This document shows, piece by piece, positions 1 through 8,817 of a stretch of DNA of 64,000 bases. Each line of letters begins with the position of its first letter. Within the stretch, counting starts at the first letter, position 1. The stretch is from Nostocoides sp. Its GTDB lineage: Bacteria; Actinomycetota; Actinomycetes; Actinomycetales; Dermatophilaceae. The notes under the pieces were generated by a model, which had not been told where the DNA came from, searched no databases, and worked only from the letters and a program-made list of their open reading frames with translations. Location of the stretch: assembly GCA_016702415.1 (NCBI GenBank), contig JADJEA010000023.1:86208-150207 (forward strand). The letters are read 5' to 3'. Both the position numbers and the translations under genes were made by a program.

Positions 1-173
1 TGCGGGCGGCCGAGATCGAGGTCCCCGACCTGCGCGGCGGCTTCAGCTATCTCATCGCCGCGCTGGCGGCCGACGGGACCTCGAAGGTGCACGGGAGCGA
101 ACTGATCTACCGCGGCTACGAGCGCTTCTCCGAGAAGCTGGACGCGCTCGGCGCCGACTATCAACTCGACTGA
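1..173 (+). CDS. murA: UDP-N-acetylglucosamine 1-carboxyvinyltransferase, C-terminal end only (5' part lies upstream of the window)
   Basis: The frame ending at TGA 171-173 reads AAEIEVPDLRGGFSYLIAALAADGTSKVHGSELIYRGYERFSEKLDALGADYQLD. This matches the conserved MurA C-terminus (DLR..., RGYE..KL..LGA). Confidence 0.75.
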   Translation, partial: RAAEIEVPDLRGGFSYLIAALAADGTSKVHGSELIYRGYERFSEKLDALGADYQLD

Positions 174-197
174 GCGCGATGGGGCGGTCGTGTGTCG

Positions 198-425
198 CTA
201 GCGGATGATCTCGCCCTCGCCGATGCCGACCAACCACAGCCGGCTCACCGCGGGGGCGGCACCGTCCACAGGTTCGGTCCGAAGGCTCAGGCGCTGTCCG
301 ACCCGCAGCAGTCGAAGGCCGCTCTGCGCCAGTGCTGCCGGACCGAACGGGAGCACCACGCCGTCGTCGAGGATGACCTCGCCGGAGTGGGTGTCCGGGT
401 CGTACCGGTGGACGGTCGCCTGCAT
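198..425 (-). CDS. small hypothetical protein (75 aa) directly downstream of cofC on the same strand
   Basis: ORF track 198..425 (MQATVHRYDPDTHSGEVILDDGVVLPFG...). It has operon-like spacing after the cofC stop at 435. No domain is recognisable by eye. Confidence 0.45.
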   Translation of the reverse strand: MQATVHRYDPDTHSGEVILDDGVVLPFGPAALAQSGLRLLRVGQRLSLRTEPVDGAAPAVSRLWLVGIGEGEIIR

Positions 426-434
426 CGCGCGAGC

Positions 435-1098
435 CTAACGGAAGGAGACCGAGGCGTCGGCGAGGACCTTGGCGACATTGGGTCCGCAGCCGAGTTGAAG
501 GGCGGCGGCGAGATCGGCTGCGGTGTCGACATCGGTGCGCAACCGGGGGGAGTCGATATCCAGGCGGAGATAGCCGGACTTCTCGTGCCGCTCGGCCGAT
601 CCCTCCCCGAACCGCGGGTGCAGGGTCCCGGTTCGGTCGGTCAACAGGACCGTCCCGGTGCCCTCCCGGTCTGGGACGAAGGCACGGTCGTAGGACGCGG
701 CCAACGTGAGCGCGTCGATGAGGTCCTGCGGCCGCAGCGACGGGAGGTCGCCCAGAGGGGGGCGCGCCGCGGGGGTCAGGCCGGCGCGCGGGGGGGTGGC
801 GCCCGGGCCCGCTCGCACTGTCGGCGTGCCGGATCGCGGCGTTGAGGCCGGTCGCGGGGTCGGGGATACACAGCAGGCCGCGGCCCTCGGCATACCGACT
901 GATCACGGGGTCGCTGCACACGAGGACGATGCTGTCCGCGGGCAGCGCGGCGGCCACCGCATCAAGGGTGTCGAGGGCGATGGCGCGGCTGAGGGCGGCC
1001 CGGTCCGTGTGGGCGCCCTCGAGTCGGGACTTGCCCGCCGGCGCGCCCTTGACGGGCACGATGACCCACCAGGGGATCGGTCCGGGCGTCGGTGTCAT
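435..1098 (-). pseudogene. cofC: 2-phospho-L-lactate / phosphoenolpyruvate guanylyltransferase CofC/FbiD (F420 biosynthesis), split over two frames by one extra base in a C7 run (G7 on + strand, 790-796)
   Basis: The N-terminal ~96 aa (MTPTPGPIPWWVIVPVKGAPAGKSRL...GLNAAIRHADSA) lie in the frame of ORF 52..1098. The C-terminal ~105 aa (PLGDLPSLRPQDLIDALTLA...REGTGTVLL...) lie in the frame of ORF 435..893. The 664-nt span is not a multiple of 3. Deleting one C restores ...GRHPPRAGLTPAARPPLGDLPSLRP... Confidence 0.8.
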
Positions 1099-1175
1099 GG
1101 GCTCGATCGTGCCACGTCCGTCCGTGCGGAGGCAGCGTCCACCACGATGCGTCGTCGACAGGGAATGATCGGGAC

Positions 1176-1934
1176 GTGATCACCAGGACCGAGCACACCG
1201 AGGCCATGCCCGCGGCATACCGCCGAGTCGTTGCGACCCTGCGGCCGGTGATGATGCGGCTGACGAAGAGACACTGGTCGGGACTGGAGAACCTTCCCCG
1301 CACGGGCGGGTTCATCGTGTGCCCCAATCACGTGTCGTATGCCGATTTCCTCGCCCTCGCGCACCTCATGGTCGATGCGGGTCGTCCGGTCTATTTCCTC
1401 GGCAAGTCCGGGCTCTTCGAGACGCCGGTGCTCGGGCGGATCATCACCGCCGCCGATCAGATCCCGGTCTATCGGGGGACGGATCGCGCGGCCGATGCGT
1501 ATCGGGCCGCGGTCGCTGCGGTGCGCGCGGGCAAGGCGGTGGCGATGTATCCCGAGGGGACGCTCACGCGCGACCCCGGCCTGTGGCCGATGAAGGGCAA
1601 GACCGGTGCGGCTCGGGTCGCCCTGGAAACCGGGTGTCCGGTCATCCCGATCACGATGTGGGGACCGGAGCAGATCATCGCGCCGTACTCGGGCAAGTTG
1701 CGCGTCTTCCCGCGCAAGACCATGCGCATTGTCGTGGGGCCGCCAGTTCCTTTGGACGATCTGTACGGTCAGTCCGGAGCCGAGGTGGCGCGTCAGGCCA
1801 CCGATCGGATCATGGCGGCCATCACGGGGCAACTCGAGGAGATCCGGGGCGAGACGGCACCGGCACAGAGGTACGACTCGCGGCAGGCGGGCGAGCCGGA
1901 CTTCGGGGCACCCCGGGCCCGGCGCCGCGGATGA
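1176..1934 (+). CDS. 1-acyl-sn-glycerol-3-phosphate acyltransferase family protein (PlsC-like)
   Basis: ORF 1092..1934 carries the H(X)4D acyltransferase motif NHVSYAD and a PEGT motif (YPEGTLTRD). The start is uncertain (GTG 1176 or ATG 1206). Confidence 0.8.
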   Translation: MITRTEHTEAMPAAYRRVVATLRPVMMRLTKRHWSGLENLPRTGGFIVCPNHVSYADFLALAHLMVDAGRPVYFLGKSGLFETPVLGRIITAADQIPVYRGTDRAADAYRAAVAAVRAGKAVAMYPEGTLTRDPGLWPMKGKTGAARVALETGCPVIPITMWGPEQIIAPYSGKLRVFPRKTMRIVVGPPVPLDDLYGQSGAEVARQATDRIMAAITGQLEEIRGETAPAQRYDSRQAGEPDFGAPRARRRG

Positions 1935-2052
1935 CCGGTGCCCGGTATCGCGCCCCGGCAGGAGGATCGGCCCACTGCGGAAACTGCGCGGCGATCAGCG
2001 CGCGCACGGTGTCGAGGTCGATCGCGACCTCGTCCCCGTGCATGACACTCAT
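1822..2052 (-). pseudogene. N-terminal remnant of a phosphotransferase (APH/choline-kinase-like) gene
   Basis: ATG 2052-2050 overlaps the stop of the upstream PLP-enzyme gene (ATGA). The first ~27 aa (MSVMHGDEVAIDLDTVRALIAAQFPQWAD) look like the conserved N-terminus of actinobacterial phosphotransferase-family proteins. After that the frame runs as low-complexity sequence antisense into the 3' end of the plsC-like gene. Confidence 0.35.
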
Positions 2053-3131
2053 GCCTGCAGGGCGCCCGTCAGATCGGCCCACAGATCCTCGACGTCCTCG
2101 ATGCCGACCGAGAGGCGGATCAGGGTGTCGGGGGTCGAGGGGGGCTCCTCGGCATACCGCCGGCGGCGCTCCCACTGCGACTCGACTCCGCCCAGGGAGG
2201 TGGAGCGGCTGATGAGGTGGGCGGCGCGGCATACGCGCTCGGCGTCCGCGCCCGTCCCGGTCACCTCGAGGGAGATCATCGCCCCGAAGCCGGGGTAACG
2301 CACCCGCGCGACTCGGGGGTGCGCGGCCAGTCGCGCGGCGAGGATCGCGGCGTTGCGGGAGGCCCGGGTCAGGCGCACCGAGAGGGTGCGCAGGCCACGG
2401 GTTGCCAGCCAGGCCTCCGTCGGCCCGGGGATCGCGCCGCCGAGCAGCCGGGCCCGCGCAAGCCGGCCGGCGAGGTCGTCCCCGTGCGGGGTGGGCGCGG
2501 TGACGCAGGCGCCGAGGACGACGTCGGAATGACCGCTGAGGTACTTCGTGACGGAATGGACGACGACATCGGCCCCGTCGGCGAGCGGGCGCTGGCACAG
2601 TGGCGTGGCGAAGGTGTTGTCGCACACGACGATTGCCCCGCGGTCATGTGCGGCCTCGACGATCGCCGGGATATCGCATGTGTCCAGGAGCGGATTGGTG
2701 GGGGACTCCAGCCAGACGAGGCCGGCGCCCACGGTCGCGGCCTGCGAGGCCGCCGTATCGCTCATGTCGACCCAGCGGACGGCGAGGTCGCCGGCCGCGT
2801 GGGCGGCGGCCAGCACGGCGGCCGTCCCGTTATAGGGCCCGACCGGAGCCACGACCGTGCTTCCGGTGGGGACGAGTCCGATGGCCGCAGTGATCGCGGC
2901 CATGCCCGAGGCGAAGAGCAGCGCCTGCCCACCCTCGAGACTCCCCAGGATGTCTTCGAACGCGGTCCAGGTCGGATTCGTGTCTCGGGCGTAGACGTCG
3001 TCGCCGTCCGCGGTGTAGGTCGAGGTCAGCGTGATCGGTGCCACCAGGGGGGTGCCCGGCTCGGGCCGAGGCCGGCCACCGGCCACCACCCGGGTCGCCG
3101 GTTGGAGGGTGGGGCCTTCGGAGTGCGACAT
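2049..3131 (-). CDS. Cys/Met-metabolism PLP-dependent enzyme (cystathionine gamma-synthase / gamma-lyase family), 360 aa
   Basis: C-terminal part of ORF 2049..3995, starting at ATG 3131-3129 (MSHSEGPTLQPATRVVAGG...). It carries the PLP-lysine motif HSVTKYLSGHSDV and the family-typical end LIRLSVGIEDVEDLWADL. Confidence 0.88.
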   Translation of the reverse strand: MSHSEGPTLQPATRVVAGGRPRPEPGTPLVAPITLTSTYTADGDDVYARDTNPTWTAFEDILGSLEGGQALLFASGMAAITAAIGLVPTGSTVVAPVGPYNGTAAVLAAAHAAGDLAVRWVDMSDTAASQAATVGAGLVWLESPTNPLLDTCDIPAIVEAAHDRGAIVVCDNTFATPLCQRPLADGADVVVHSVTKYLSGHSDVVLGACVTAPTPHGDDLAGRLARARLLGGAIPGPTEAWLATRGLRTLSVRLTRASRNAAILAARLAAHPRVARVRYPGFGAMISLEVTGTGADAERVCRAAHLISRSTSLGGVESQWERRRRYAEEPPSTPDTLIRLSVGIEDVEDLWADLTGALQA

Positions 3132-3188
3132 GCGGCCCAGCCTAGGGTTGCGGTCGTGCGGGGAGCGCCGGGGATAGTGTCGGAGGCG

Positions 3189-4319
3189 ATGAATTCCGAC
3201 CAGCCCACCCGACGAATCCGCGTCGCTCTGCTCTTCGGCGGACGCTCGTCCGAACACGCGGTCTCGTGCGCCACGGCCGCCGGGGTGATGCGCGCGATCG
3301 ATCGCGCGGCATACGACATCATCCCGGTGGGCATCGCCCCGGACGGCCGGTGGGTCGTCGTCGCCGACGACCCGGCACCCCTGGAACTGACCACTGCCAA
3401 CCGGCCCGAGGTCCCCGTCGACGCCCCCAGCGTCCTGGTGCCGACGAGCACGCGGGACCGCACGCTCAAGGCCCTCGACGCGGGCGAGATCCCCACCGAG
3501 CTGGGTGAGGTCGATGTCGTCTTCCCGCTCCTCCACGGGCCGTATGGCGAGGACGGCACCGTCCAGGGGCTGCTGGAGTTGGCCGACATCCGCTACGTCG
3601 GGTCCGGGGTGCTCGCCTCCGCGGTGGGCATGGACAAGCACTACATGAAGGTCGTCTTTGCCGGGGCGGGATTGCCCGTCGGTCCGTATGCCGTTGTCCC
3701 CGACGCCCGCTGGCGCCATGAGCGCGAGGCCGTCCGGGCCGAGATCGCGGCGCTGGGGTTGCCGGTCTTCGTCAAGCCCGCGCGCGCCGGCAGTTCCATG
3801 GGCATCACCAAGGTCACCGACGCCGGGGCTCTCGACGCGGCGATCGAGGCGGCCCGGGAGCACGACCTCAAGGTCCTCGTCGAGGCGGCCATCGTCGGGC
3901 GGGAGATCGAGTGCGCGGTCCTCCAGGGCCACGACGGGGCGCCGCCGCGCACCTCGGAGGTCGGCGAGATCGTCGTGCGGCCGGGTCACGGGCACGAGTT
4001 CTACGACTTCGAGGCGAAATATCTCGACGGCAGCGCGGTCGAGCTGAGTTGCCCGGCGGATGTGCCGCCTGAGGTCGCCGACACCATCCGGGCGTATGCC
4101 GCGCGCGCCTTCTCCGCCCTCGGCTGCGAGGGGCTCGCCCGCGTCGATTGCTTCTATACCGACGACGGGACGGTCCTGGTCAACGAGATCAACACGATGC
4201 CGGGGTTCACCCCGACATCGATGTACCCGCAGATGTGGCGCGCGAGTGGCCTGACCTATCCCGACCTGATCGACGAGCTCATCGCGCTCGCCCTGGAGCG
4301 CCCGCTCGGCCTTCGCTGA
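3189..4319 (+). CDS. ddl: D-alanine--D-alanine ligase
   Basis: ATG 3189 is in the frame of ORF 2217..4319. Matching segments are RIRVALLFGGRSSEHAVS, FPLLHGPYGEDGTVQGLLEL, KPARAGSSMGI and VNEINTMPGFT. Confidence 0.95.
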   Translation: MNSDQPTRRIRVALLFGGRSSEHAVSCATAAGVMRAIDRAAYDIIPVGIAPDGRWVVVADDPAPLELTTANRPEVPVDAPSVLVPTSTRDRTLKALDAGEIPTELGEVDVVFPLLHGPYGEDGTVQGLLELADIRYVGSGVLASAVGMDKHYMKVVFAGAGLPVGPYAVVPDARWRHEREAVRAEIAALGLPVFVKPARAGSSMGITKVTDAGALDAAIEAAREHDLKVLVEAAIVGREIECAVLQGHDGAPPRTSEVGEIVVRPGHGHEFYDFEAKYLDGSAVELSCPADVPPEVADTIRAYAARAFSALGCEGLARVDCFYTDDGTVLVNEINTMPGFTPTSMYPQMWRASGLTYPDLIDELIALALERPLGLR

Positions 4320-4383
4320 GATCTCAGCCTCACGTCGACGTCGAAAGTCCGTCGGGGCTGGGCGCGAGGTTTCGACGTCAGCT

Positions 4384-4779
4384 TCACATGCAGTGATGAC
4401 CGGTCTTGGGCAATGCCGCGGCCACCGCGTCGAGGTCGGGCAGGATCATGGACTCGGGCGCATACGCCGACGGAACCAGGACTTCGACGGCGGGGTCGGT
4501 GCCATAGGTCGTGAAGGAGTACCCGTCGGAGAGCGACGTGACGATCCAGTCGTGGCCGTCCACGGAGAGACAGTCCTGTGTGGTGGCGGGGAGGGCGGCA
4601 TACCCACAGCGCGCGATGATCGCCGGGTCACCCCAGGCGGCTGTGGACGCATCCGCGGGGGTTGTCGACCGTCGCCGCTGGTCGGCGACGTGGTCGGGCC
4701 AGGCCACCGCCACGCAAGCGGGGTCGGAGGCCCGAGGAGCCAGCGCGACCTCGACACCGCCGCCGCAGGCGGCCAGCAC
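4384..4779 (-). CDS. DUF3515-like secreted/lipoprotein (conserved between ddl and thiL in actinobacteria)
   Basis: ORF 4384..4779. The open frame upstream of the annotated GTG reads LHRRSRLILPALVTASVLAACGGG, a lipoprotein signal peptide with lipobox LAAC. The true start is therefore probably upstream and non-canonical. Confidence 0.65.
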   Translation of the reverse strand: MLAACGGGVEVALAPRASDPACVAVAWPDHVADQRRRSTTPADASTAAWGDPAIIARCGYAALPATTQDCLSVDGHDWIVTSLSDGYSFTTYGTDPAVEVLVPSAYAPESMILPDLDAVAAALPKTGHHCM

Positions 4780-4805
4780 CGACGCCGTGACCAGCGCCGG
4801 GAGGA

Positions 4806-5039
4806 TCAGACGTGAACGACGGTGCAGGTCAGCGTCCGGGTGATTCCGGGGACTTCCTGGATCTTGGCGATGATGAGCTTGCCGAGATCGTCGACGGACT
4901 CCGCCTCGATGCGGGCGATGCAGTCGTAGGGGCCGGTGACGTCCTCCGCGGACGTGACGCCGTTGATCGCCGAGATGGCCTCGGTGACGGCGGCGGACTT
5001 GCCGACCTCGGTCTGGATGAGGATGTAGGCCTGAACCAC
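4806..5039 (-). CDS. small Lrp/AsnC ligand-binding-domain protein (77 aa)
   Basis: GTG 5039-5037 is preceded by the RBS GAAAGGA. The product reads VVQAYILIQTEVGKSAAVTEAISAINGVTSAEDVTGPYDCIARIEAESVDDLGKLIIAKIQEVPGITRTLTCTVVHV. Confidence 0.75.
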   Translation of the reverse strand: MVQAYILIQTEVGKSAAVTEAISAINGVTSAEDVTGPYDCIARIEAESVDDLGKLIIAKIQEVPGITRTLTCTVVHV

Positions 5040-5138
5040 GCGCGGGCCGTCCTTTCGTCTGGTCGATCCGGCCTTGGCCGGGGTCGATGGCCGGGCCCCT
5101 CGCCCGGTTGTCCTGGTCCGAACGCTACCTTGCCTGCC

Positions 5139-6134
5139 ATGCCCACGTCGCCCCAGGCCGTCGTCGCGGATCTCACCGAGGACGCCCTGCTCGATCGGAT
5201 CCTCCCGCTGCTGGCGATCGGGGGGTCGGAGCGGGTCGGTCCGGGCGACGACGCGGCGGTTCTGGAGTTGGGCGGTTCGGCGGTCCTGACGACCGATTCG
5301 ATGGTGCGGGATATCGACTGGCGCGACGACTGGTCGACCCCGGAGGACGTCGCCGTCAAGGTGGTGGTCCAAAACCTCGCCGACCTTGCCGCCATGGGGG
5401 CGGTCCCGAGGTCGCTGTTGCTCAGCCTCGTGGTGGATCGGCATACCCCGGTGGAGTGGGTGGTCCGGTTCGCGGGGCAGTTCGGTCAGCAATGCCGCCG
5501 GTATGCCGTGTCCGCCTCCGGCGGGGATCTCTCCTCGGCGCCGGCGCAGACCCGCGTTGTCTCCGTCACCGCGGTCGGCACCCTGGAGGGAGCGCCGGTC
5601 CTGCGGTCGGGGGCGCGCCCCGGTGACCGGGTCGCGGTCACGGGTTCGCTCGGCCGATCGGCGGTGGGTCTGGCGCTGCTGACGGAGGCGAGCCGAGACG
5701 GGGTCGAGGTGTCCGGGTTGCCCGCCGAGGCGCTGGCCCATCACCTGCGGCCGAGCTGTCCGCTCAGCCAAGGTCCGATCGCGGCGGCCGCTGGTGCCAG
5801 CGCCATGCTCGACATCTCGGACGGACTTCTGCGCGACGCGGGCCGGATCGCCCGCGCCTCGCAGGTCGCGATCGCCCTCGACTCCGCGGCGCTGGCCCCC
5901 GACCTCAACTGGGCCGAGCGTTGGGTGAGCCGGGCTGTGGCCCGGGCCGCTGTCCTCGGGGGCGGGGAGGAGCACAGCCTGCTCGCCTGCTTCCCGCCGT
6001 CCGTCGAGGTCCCGTCGTGGTGGCGCGTGATCGGTCAGGTCCGCTCCGGGGTCGGCCTGCTCGTTGATGACCGGCCGACACCGGTCGCGGGCTGGGATCA
6101 CTTCGCGGGACGCGAGGTCCACCCAAGCCCGTAG
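5139..6134 (+). CDS. thiL: thiamine-monophosphate kinase
   Basis: ATG 5139 is in the frame of ORF 4812..6134. Matching segments are GPGDDAAVL, TTDSMVRDIDW, VVQNLADLAAMGA, ASGGDLS and MLDISDGLLRDAGRIA. Confidence 0.9.
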   Translation: MPTSPQAVVADLTEDALLDRILPLLAIGGSERVGPGDDAAVLELGGSAVLTTDSMVRDIDWRDDWSTPEDVAVKVVVQNLADLAAMGAVPRSLLLSLVVDRHTPVEWVVRFAGQFGQQCRRYAVSASGGDLSSAPAQTRVVSVTAVGTLEGAPVLRSGARPGDRVAVTGSLGRSAVGLALLTEASRDGVEVSGLPAEALAHHLRPSCPLSQGPIAAAAGASAMLDISDGLLRDAGRIARASQVAIALDSAALAPDLNWAERWVSRAVARAAVLGGGEEHSLLACFPPSVEVPSWWRVIGQVRSGVGLLVDDRPTPVAGWDHFAGREVHPSP

Positions 6135-6186
6135 ATCCGGGTCCGCCACGAGATCCGGCTCGCCCGTGGGCCCTGCGCAGATGCGA

Positions 6187-6214
6187 ACGCCCCCGGATAG
6201 TGGTCCGGGGGCGT
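6187..6214. terminator. bidirectional intrinsic-terminator-like hairpin between convergent thiL and rpmB
   Basis: A perfect 11-bp stem, ACGCCCCCGGA (6187-6197) / TCCGGGGGCGT (6204-6214), with a 6-nt loop. Confidence 0.6.
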
Positions 6215-6228
6215 CGGTGTCGGTCAGG

Positions 6229-6423
6229 TCAGCGGGCGACCTTGCCGGCCTTGAGGCAGGAGGTGCAGACGTTGACCCGCTTCGGGGTGACTCCCGCGGC
6301 ACCGACCATCACGCGCACGCGCTGGATGTTGGGGTTCCAACGGCGCTTGGTGCGGCGGTGGGAGTGCGAGATGGAGTGTCCGAAGCCGGGTCCCTTGCCG
6401 CAGACGTCGCAGGTGGCAGCCAT
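6229..6423 (-). CDS. rpmB: 50S ribosomal protein L28
   Basis: [38 protein letters not shown]... Confidence 0.97.
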   Translation of the reverse strand: MAATCDVCGKGPGFGHSISHSHRRTKRRWNPNIQRVRVMVGAAGVTPKRVNVCTSCLKAGKVAR

Positions 6424-6653
6424 TGGGGGAACTCCTCGAGTGATTGGTCGGTCGATCAGCGGTCATCGCGGCGCACGGCGGCCCGACGCGGGCGCGCGGC
6501 ACAGGACAACTTGCTCAGATTAGCCGAGACCGGCCACCGGGACCAAAACGGCGGGCTGTCCCCGGCCCTCGGTAGTCTGCGCACCAGGCGGGAGACCGGC
6601 GGCCGAGCGTTGGCCCGCCGGTGCAGCGCGACCGGGCAACGAGAGGGTGAGGA

Positions 6654-8810
6654 GTGATGGCGGGACCCAACGCGCGCCTCGACCTCCTCGTCGGCGCGGC
6701 GGCCGGCGCGCTGGCGAAGGCGCGCGGCATACGGACCGCGGGGGAGTTGCTCGACTTCTTCCCCAGCCGCTATGTCGGGTACGACAGCGACCTGAGCGAC
6801 CTGCATGACGGCGACTTCGTCGTCGTCATGGGCGAGGTGAAGTCGGCCAGCACCCGATTCATGCGCAACCGCAAGGGCAAGATGCTTGTCGCGACGCTCA
6901 CCGACGGGCGCCACGAGGTCGAGATGACCTTCTTCGACGCCCGCGGACACGAAGCCAAGCTGCGCCCCGGCGTCAAGGTCATCGCCGGCGGTCAGGTCGG
7001 CTTCTTCCGCGAGACCTGCCAGTTGGCCCATCCGGGCTACACCGTGCTCAGCGATCTGGCGGAGGCGGAGCGACCGGGTCTGTTCCCGCTCTACCCCGCG
7101 GTGCCGCGGCTGCACAACTGGAATCTCGTGCGTGCGGTCAAGATCGTGCTGGACGCGCTGGACGAGATGCCCGATCCCATCCCAGCAGACGTGCGCGCCC
7201 GCCGCGGACTCATGCCGCGCCTCGAGGCGTATGCCGCCCTCCACCGCCCGGACTCCCGCACCCATCTCGAGGCCGCGCGGTCGCGGATGAGGTACGAAGA
7301 GGCGTTCGTCCTCCAGACCGTCCTGGCCCAGCACCGGGCGGAGCGGGAGCGCGAGGCCGCCAAACCCCGGGTGGCCGTGGACGGAGCCGCCCTCACGGTC
7401 TTCGACGCCCGGCTGCCCTTCACGCTGACCGACGGCCAGCGCGCGGTCGCCGCCGAGATCGCCGCCGACCTCGCCGCCGCCCACCCGATGTATCGCCTGC
7501 TCCAGGGCGACGTCGGCTCGGGCAAGACGGTCCTGGCGCTGCGGGCCATGCTCACCGCCGTCGACGCCGGCGCCCAGGCGGCGCTCCTGGCCCCGACTGA
7601 GGTGCTCGCTGGCCAGCACTTGCGGACGATCACGGCCCTCCTTGGCGACCTCGCCGACGGGGGGCGGCTCGGCGGCCACGAGGCCGGGACCACGGTCCGT
7701 CTCCTCACCGGCTCACTCACCCAGGCTCAGCGGCGAGCCGTGCTCCTCGATATCGCCTCGGGTGAGGCCGGCATCGTCATCGGCACCCATGCGCTACTGG
7801 AGGACCGGGTCAGCTTCGCCGACCTCGCGCTCGTGGTCATCGACGAGCAGCACCGGTTCGGGGTCGAGCAGCGCGACGTCCTGCGTGCCAAGGCGGCCAC
7901 GGCTCCCCACGTCCTCGTCATGACGGCCACCCCGATCCCGCGGACCGTGGCGATGACGGCCTTCGGCGATCTCGACGTCTCCACGCTCACGGAGAAGCCC
8001 GCCGGCCGGTCCCCGGTGGCGACCTATGTCGTGGACGACTCCCGCCCGACCTGGGTCGAGCGGACGTGGCAGCGGGTGGCGGAGGAATGCGGGCGGGGGG
8101 GCGCGGCATACGTCGTCTGTCCGCGGATCGGGGAGGAGGCGGGGATGGAGGAGGAGGTCGCTCCTGGCGGGGACGTCCTCTTCGACGTCGCCCCGGTGCG
8201 TCCACCCGCCGGCGTTCTCGAGACGTATGCCGACCTGACCGCCCACCCGGCCCTGGCCGGCCTGCGGATCGGGCTCATGCACGGCCGCCTCTCCGCCGAG
8301 GAGAAGGACACGGTCATGGCGGACTTCGCGGCCGGGGACATCGACGTCCTGGTGTCGACGAGCGTCATCGAGGTCGGTGTCGACGTCGCGCGCGCGAGCA
8401 TCATGGTTATCCGGGACGCCGATCGCTTCGGGGTCTCCCAATTGCACCAGCTGCGCGGCCGGGTCGGGCGCGGCGTCGACCCCGGGGTCTGCCTCCTGAT
8501 GACCGCAGCGGCTCCGGGCCCCACCCGTGATCGGCTCGATGCGGTCGCCGCGACGGCCGACGGGTTCGTCCTGGCGCGCCTGGACCTCGAGCAGCGCCGG
8601 GAGGGCGACATCCTCGGCGCCCGCCAGAGCGGAGGTGGCCGATTGCGCTTCCTCTCCCTCCTCGACCACGAAGAGATCATCGACAAGGCGCGGGCCGACG
8701 CCCGTGACATCGTGGCCGGCGACCCTGACCTCGACGACCACCCTGCCCTGCGCCACGCGACCCAGGAGTGGCTGGCTCCCGACCAGGCGCAATTTCTGGA
8801 CAAGGGGTGA
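6654..8810 (+). CDS. recG: ATP-dependent DNA helicase RecG
   Basis: 718-aa ORF with Walker A GDVGSGKT, the DEQHRFG box, TATPIPRT and QLHQLRGRVGRG. Confidence 0.95.
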   Translation: MMAGPNARLDLLVGAAAGALAKARGIRTAGELLDFFPSRYVGYDSDLSDLHDGDFVVVMGEVKSASTRFMRNRKGKMLVATLTDGRHEVEMTFFDARGHEAKLRPGVKVIAGGQVGFFRETCQLAHPGYTVLSDLAEAERPGLFPLYPAVPRLHNWNLVRAVKIVLDALDEMPDPIPADVRARRGLMPRLEAYAALHRPDSRTHLEAARSRMRYEEAFVLQTVLAQHRAEREREAAKPRVAVDGAALTVFDARLPFTLTDGQRAVAAEIAADLAAAHPMYRLLQGDVGSGKTVLALRAMLTAVDAGAQAALLAPTEVLAGQHLRTITALLGDLADGGRLGGHEAGTTVRLLTGSLTQAQRRAVLLDIASGEAGIVIGTHALLEDRVSFADLALVVIDEQHRFGVEQRDVLRAKAATAPHVLVMTATPIPRTVAMTAFGDLDVSTLTEKPAGRSPVATYVVDDSRPTWVERTWQRVAEECGRGGAAYVVCPRIGEEAGMEEEVAPGGDVLFDVAPVRPPAGVLETYADLTAHPALAGLRIGLMHGRLSAEEKDTVMADFAAGDIDVLVSTSVIEVGVDVARASIMVIRDADRFGVSQLHQLRGRVGRGVDPGVCLLMTAAAPGPTRDRLDAVAATADGFVLARLDLEQRREGDILGARQSGGGRLRFLSLLDHEEIIDKARADARDIVAGDPDLDDHPALRHATQEWLAPDQAQFLDKG

Positions 8811-8817
8811 GCGCGCG

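Noticed and set aside
2217-3188. N-terminal 324-aa extension of the ddl ORF, and similar long upstream extensions of thiL, rsmD, coaD, glnD, dprA, xerC, nfo, rlmN and trmD
   Set aside because: The extensions overlap well-supported genes on the same or opposite strand and lack homology-like sequence. Conserved N-termini and RBS or stop-start overlaps support the internal starts used here.
6424-6653. Missing DAK2-domain gene between rpmB and recG (present in M. tuberculosis as I recall)
   Set aside because: The 230-nt gap contains no ORF remnant that I can recognise. It is a simple lineage difference in gene content, not a feature.
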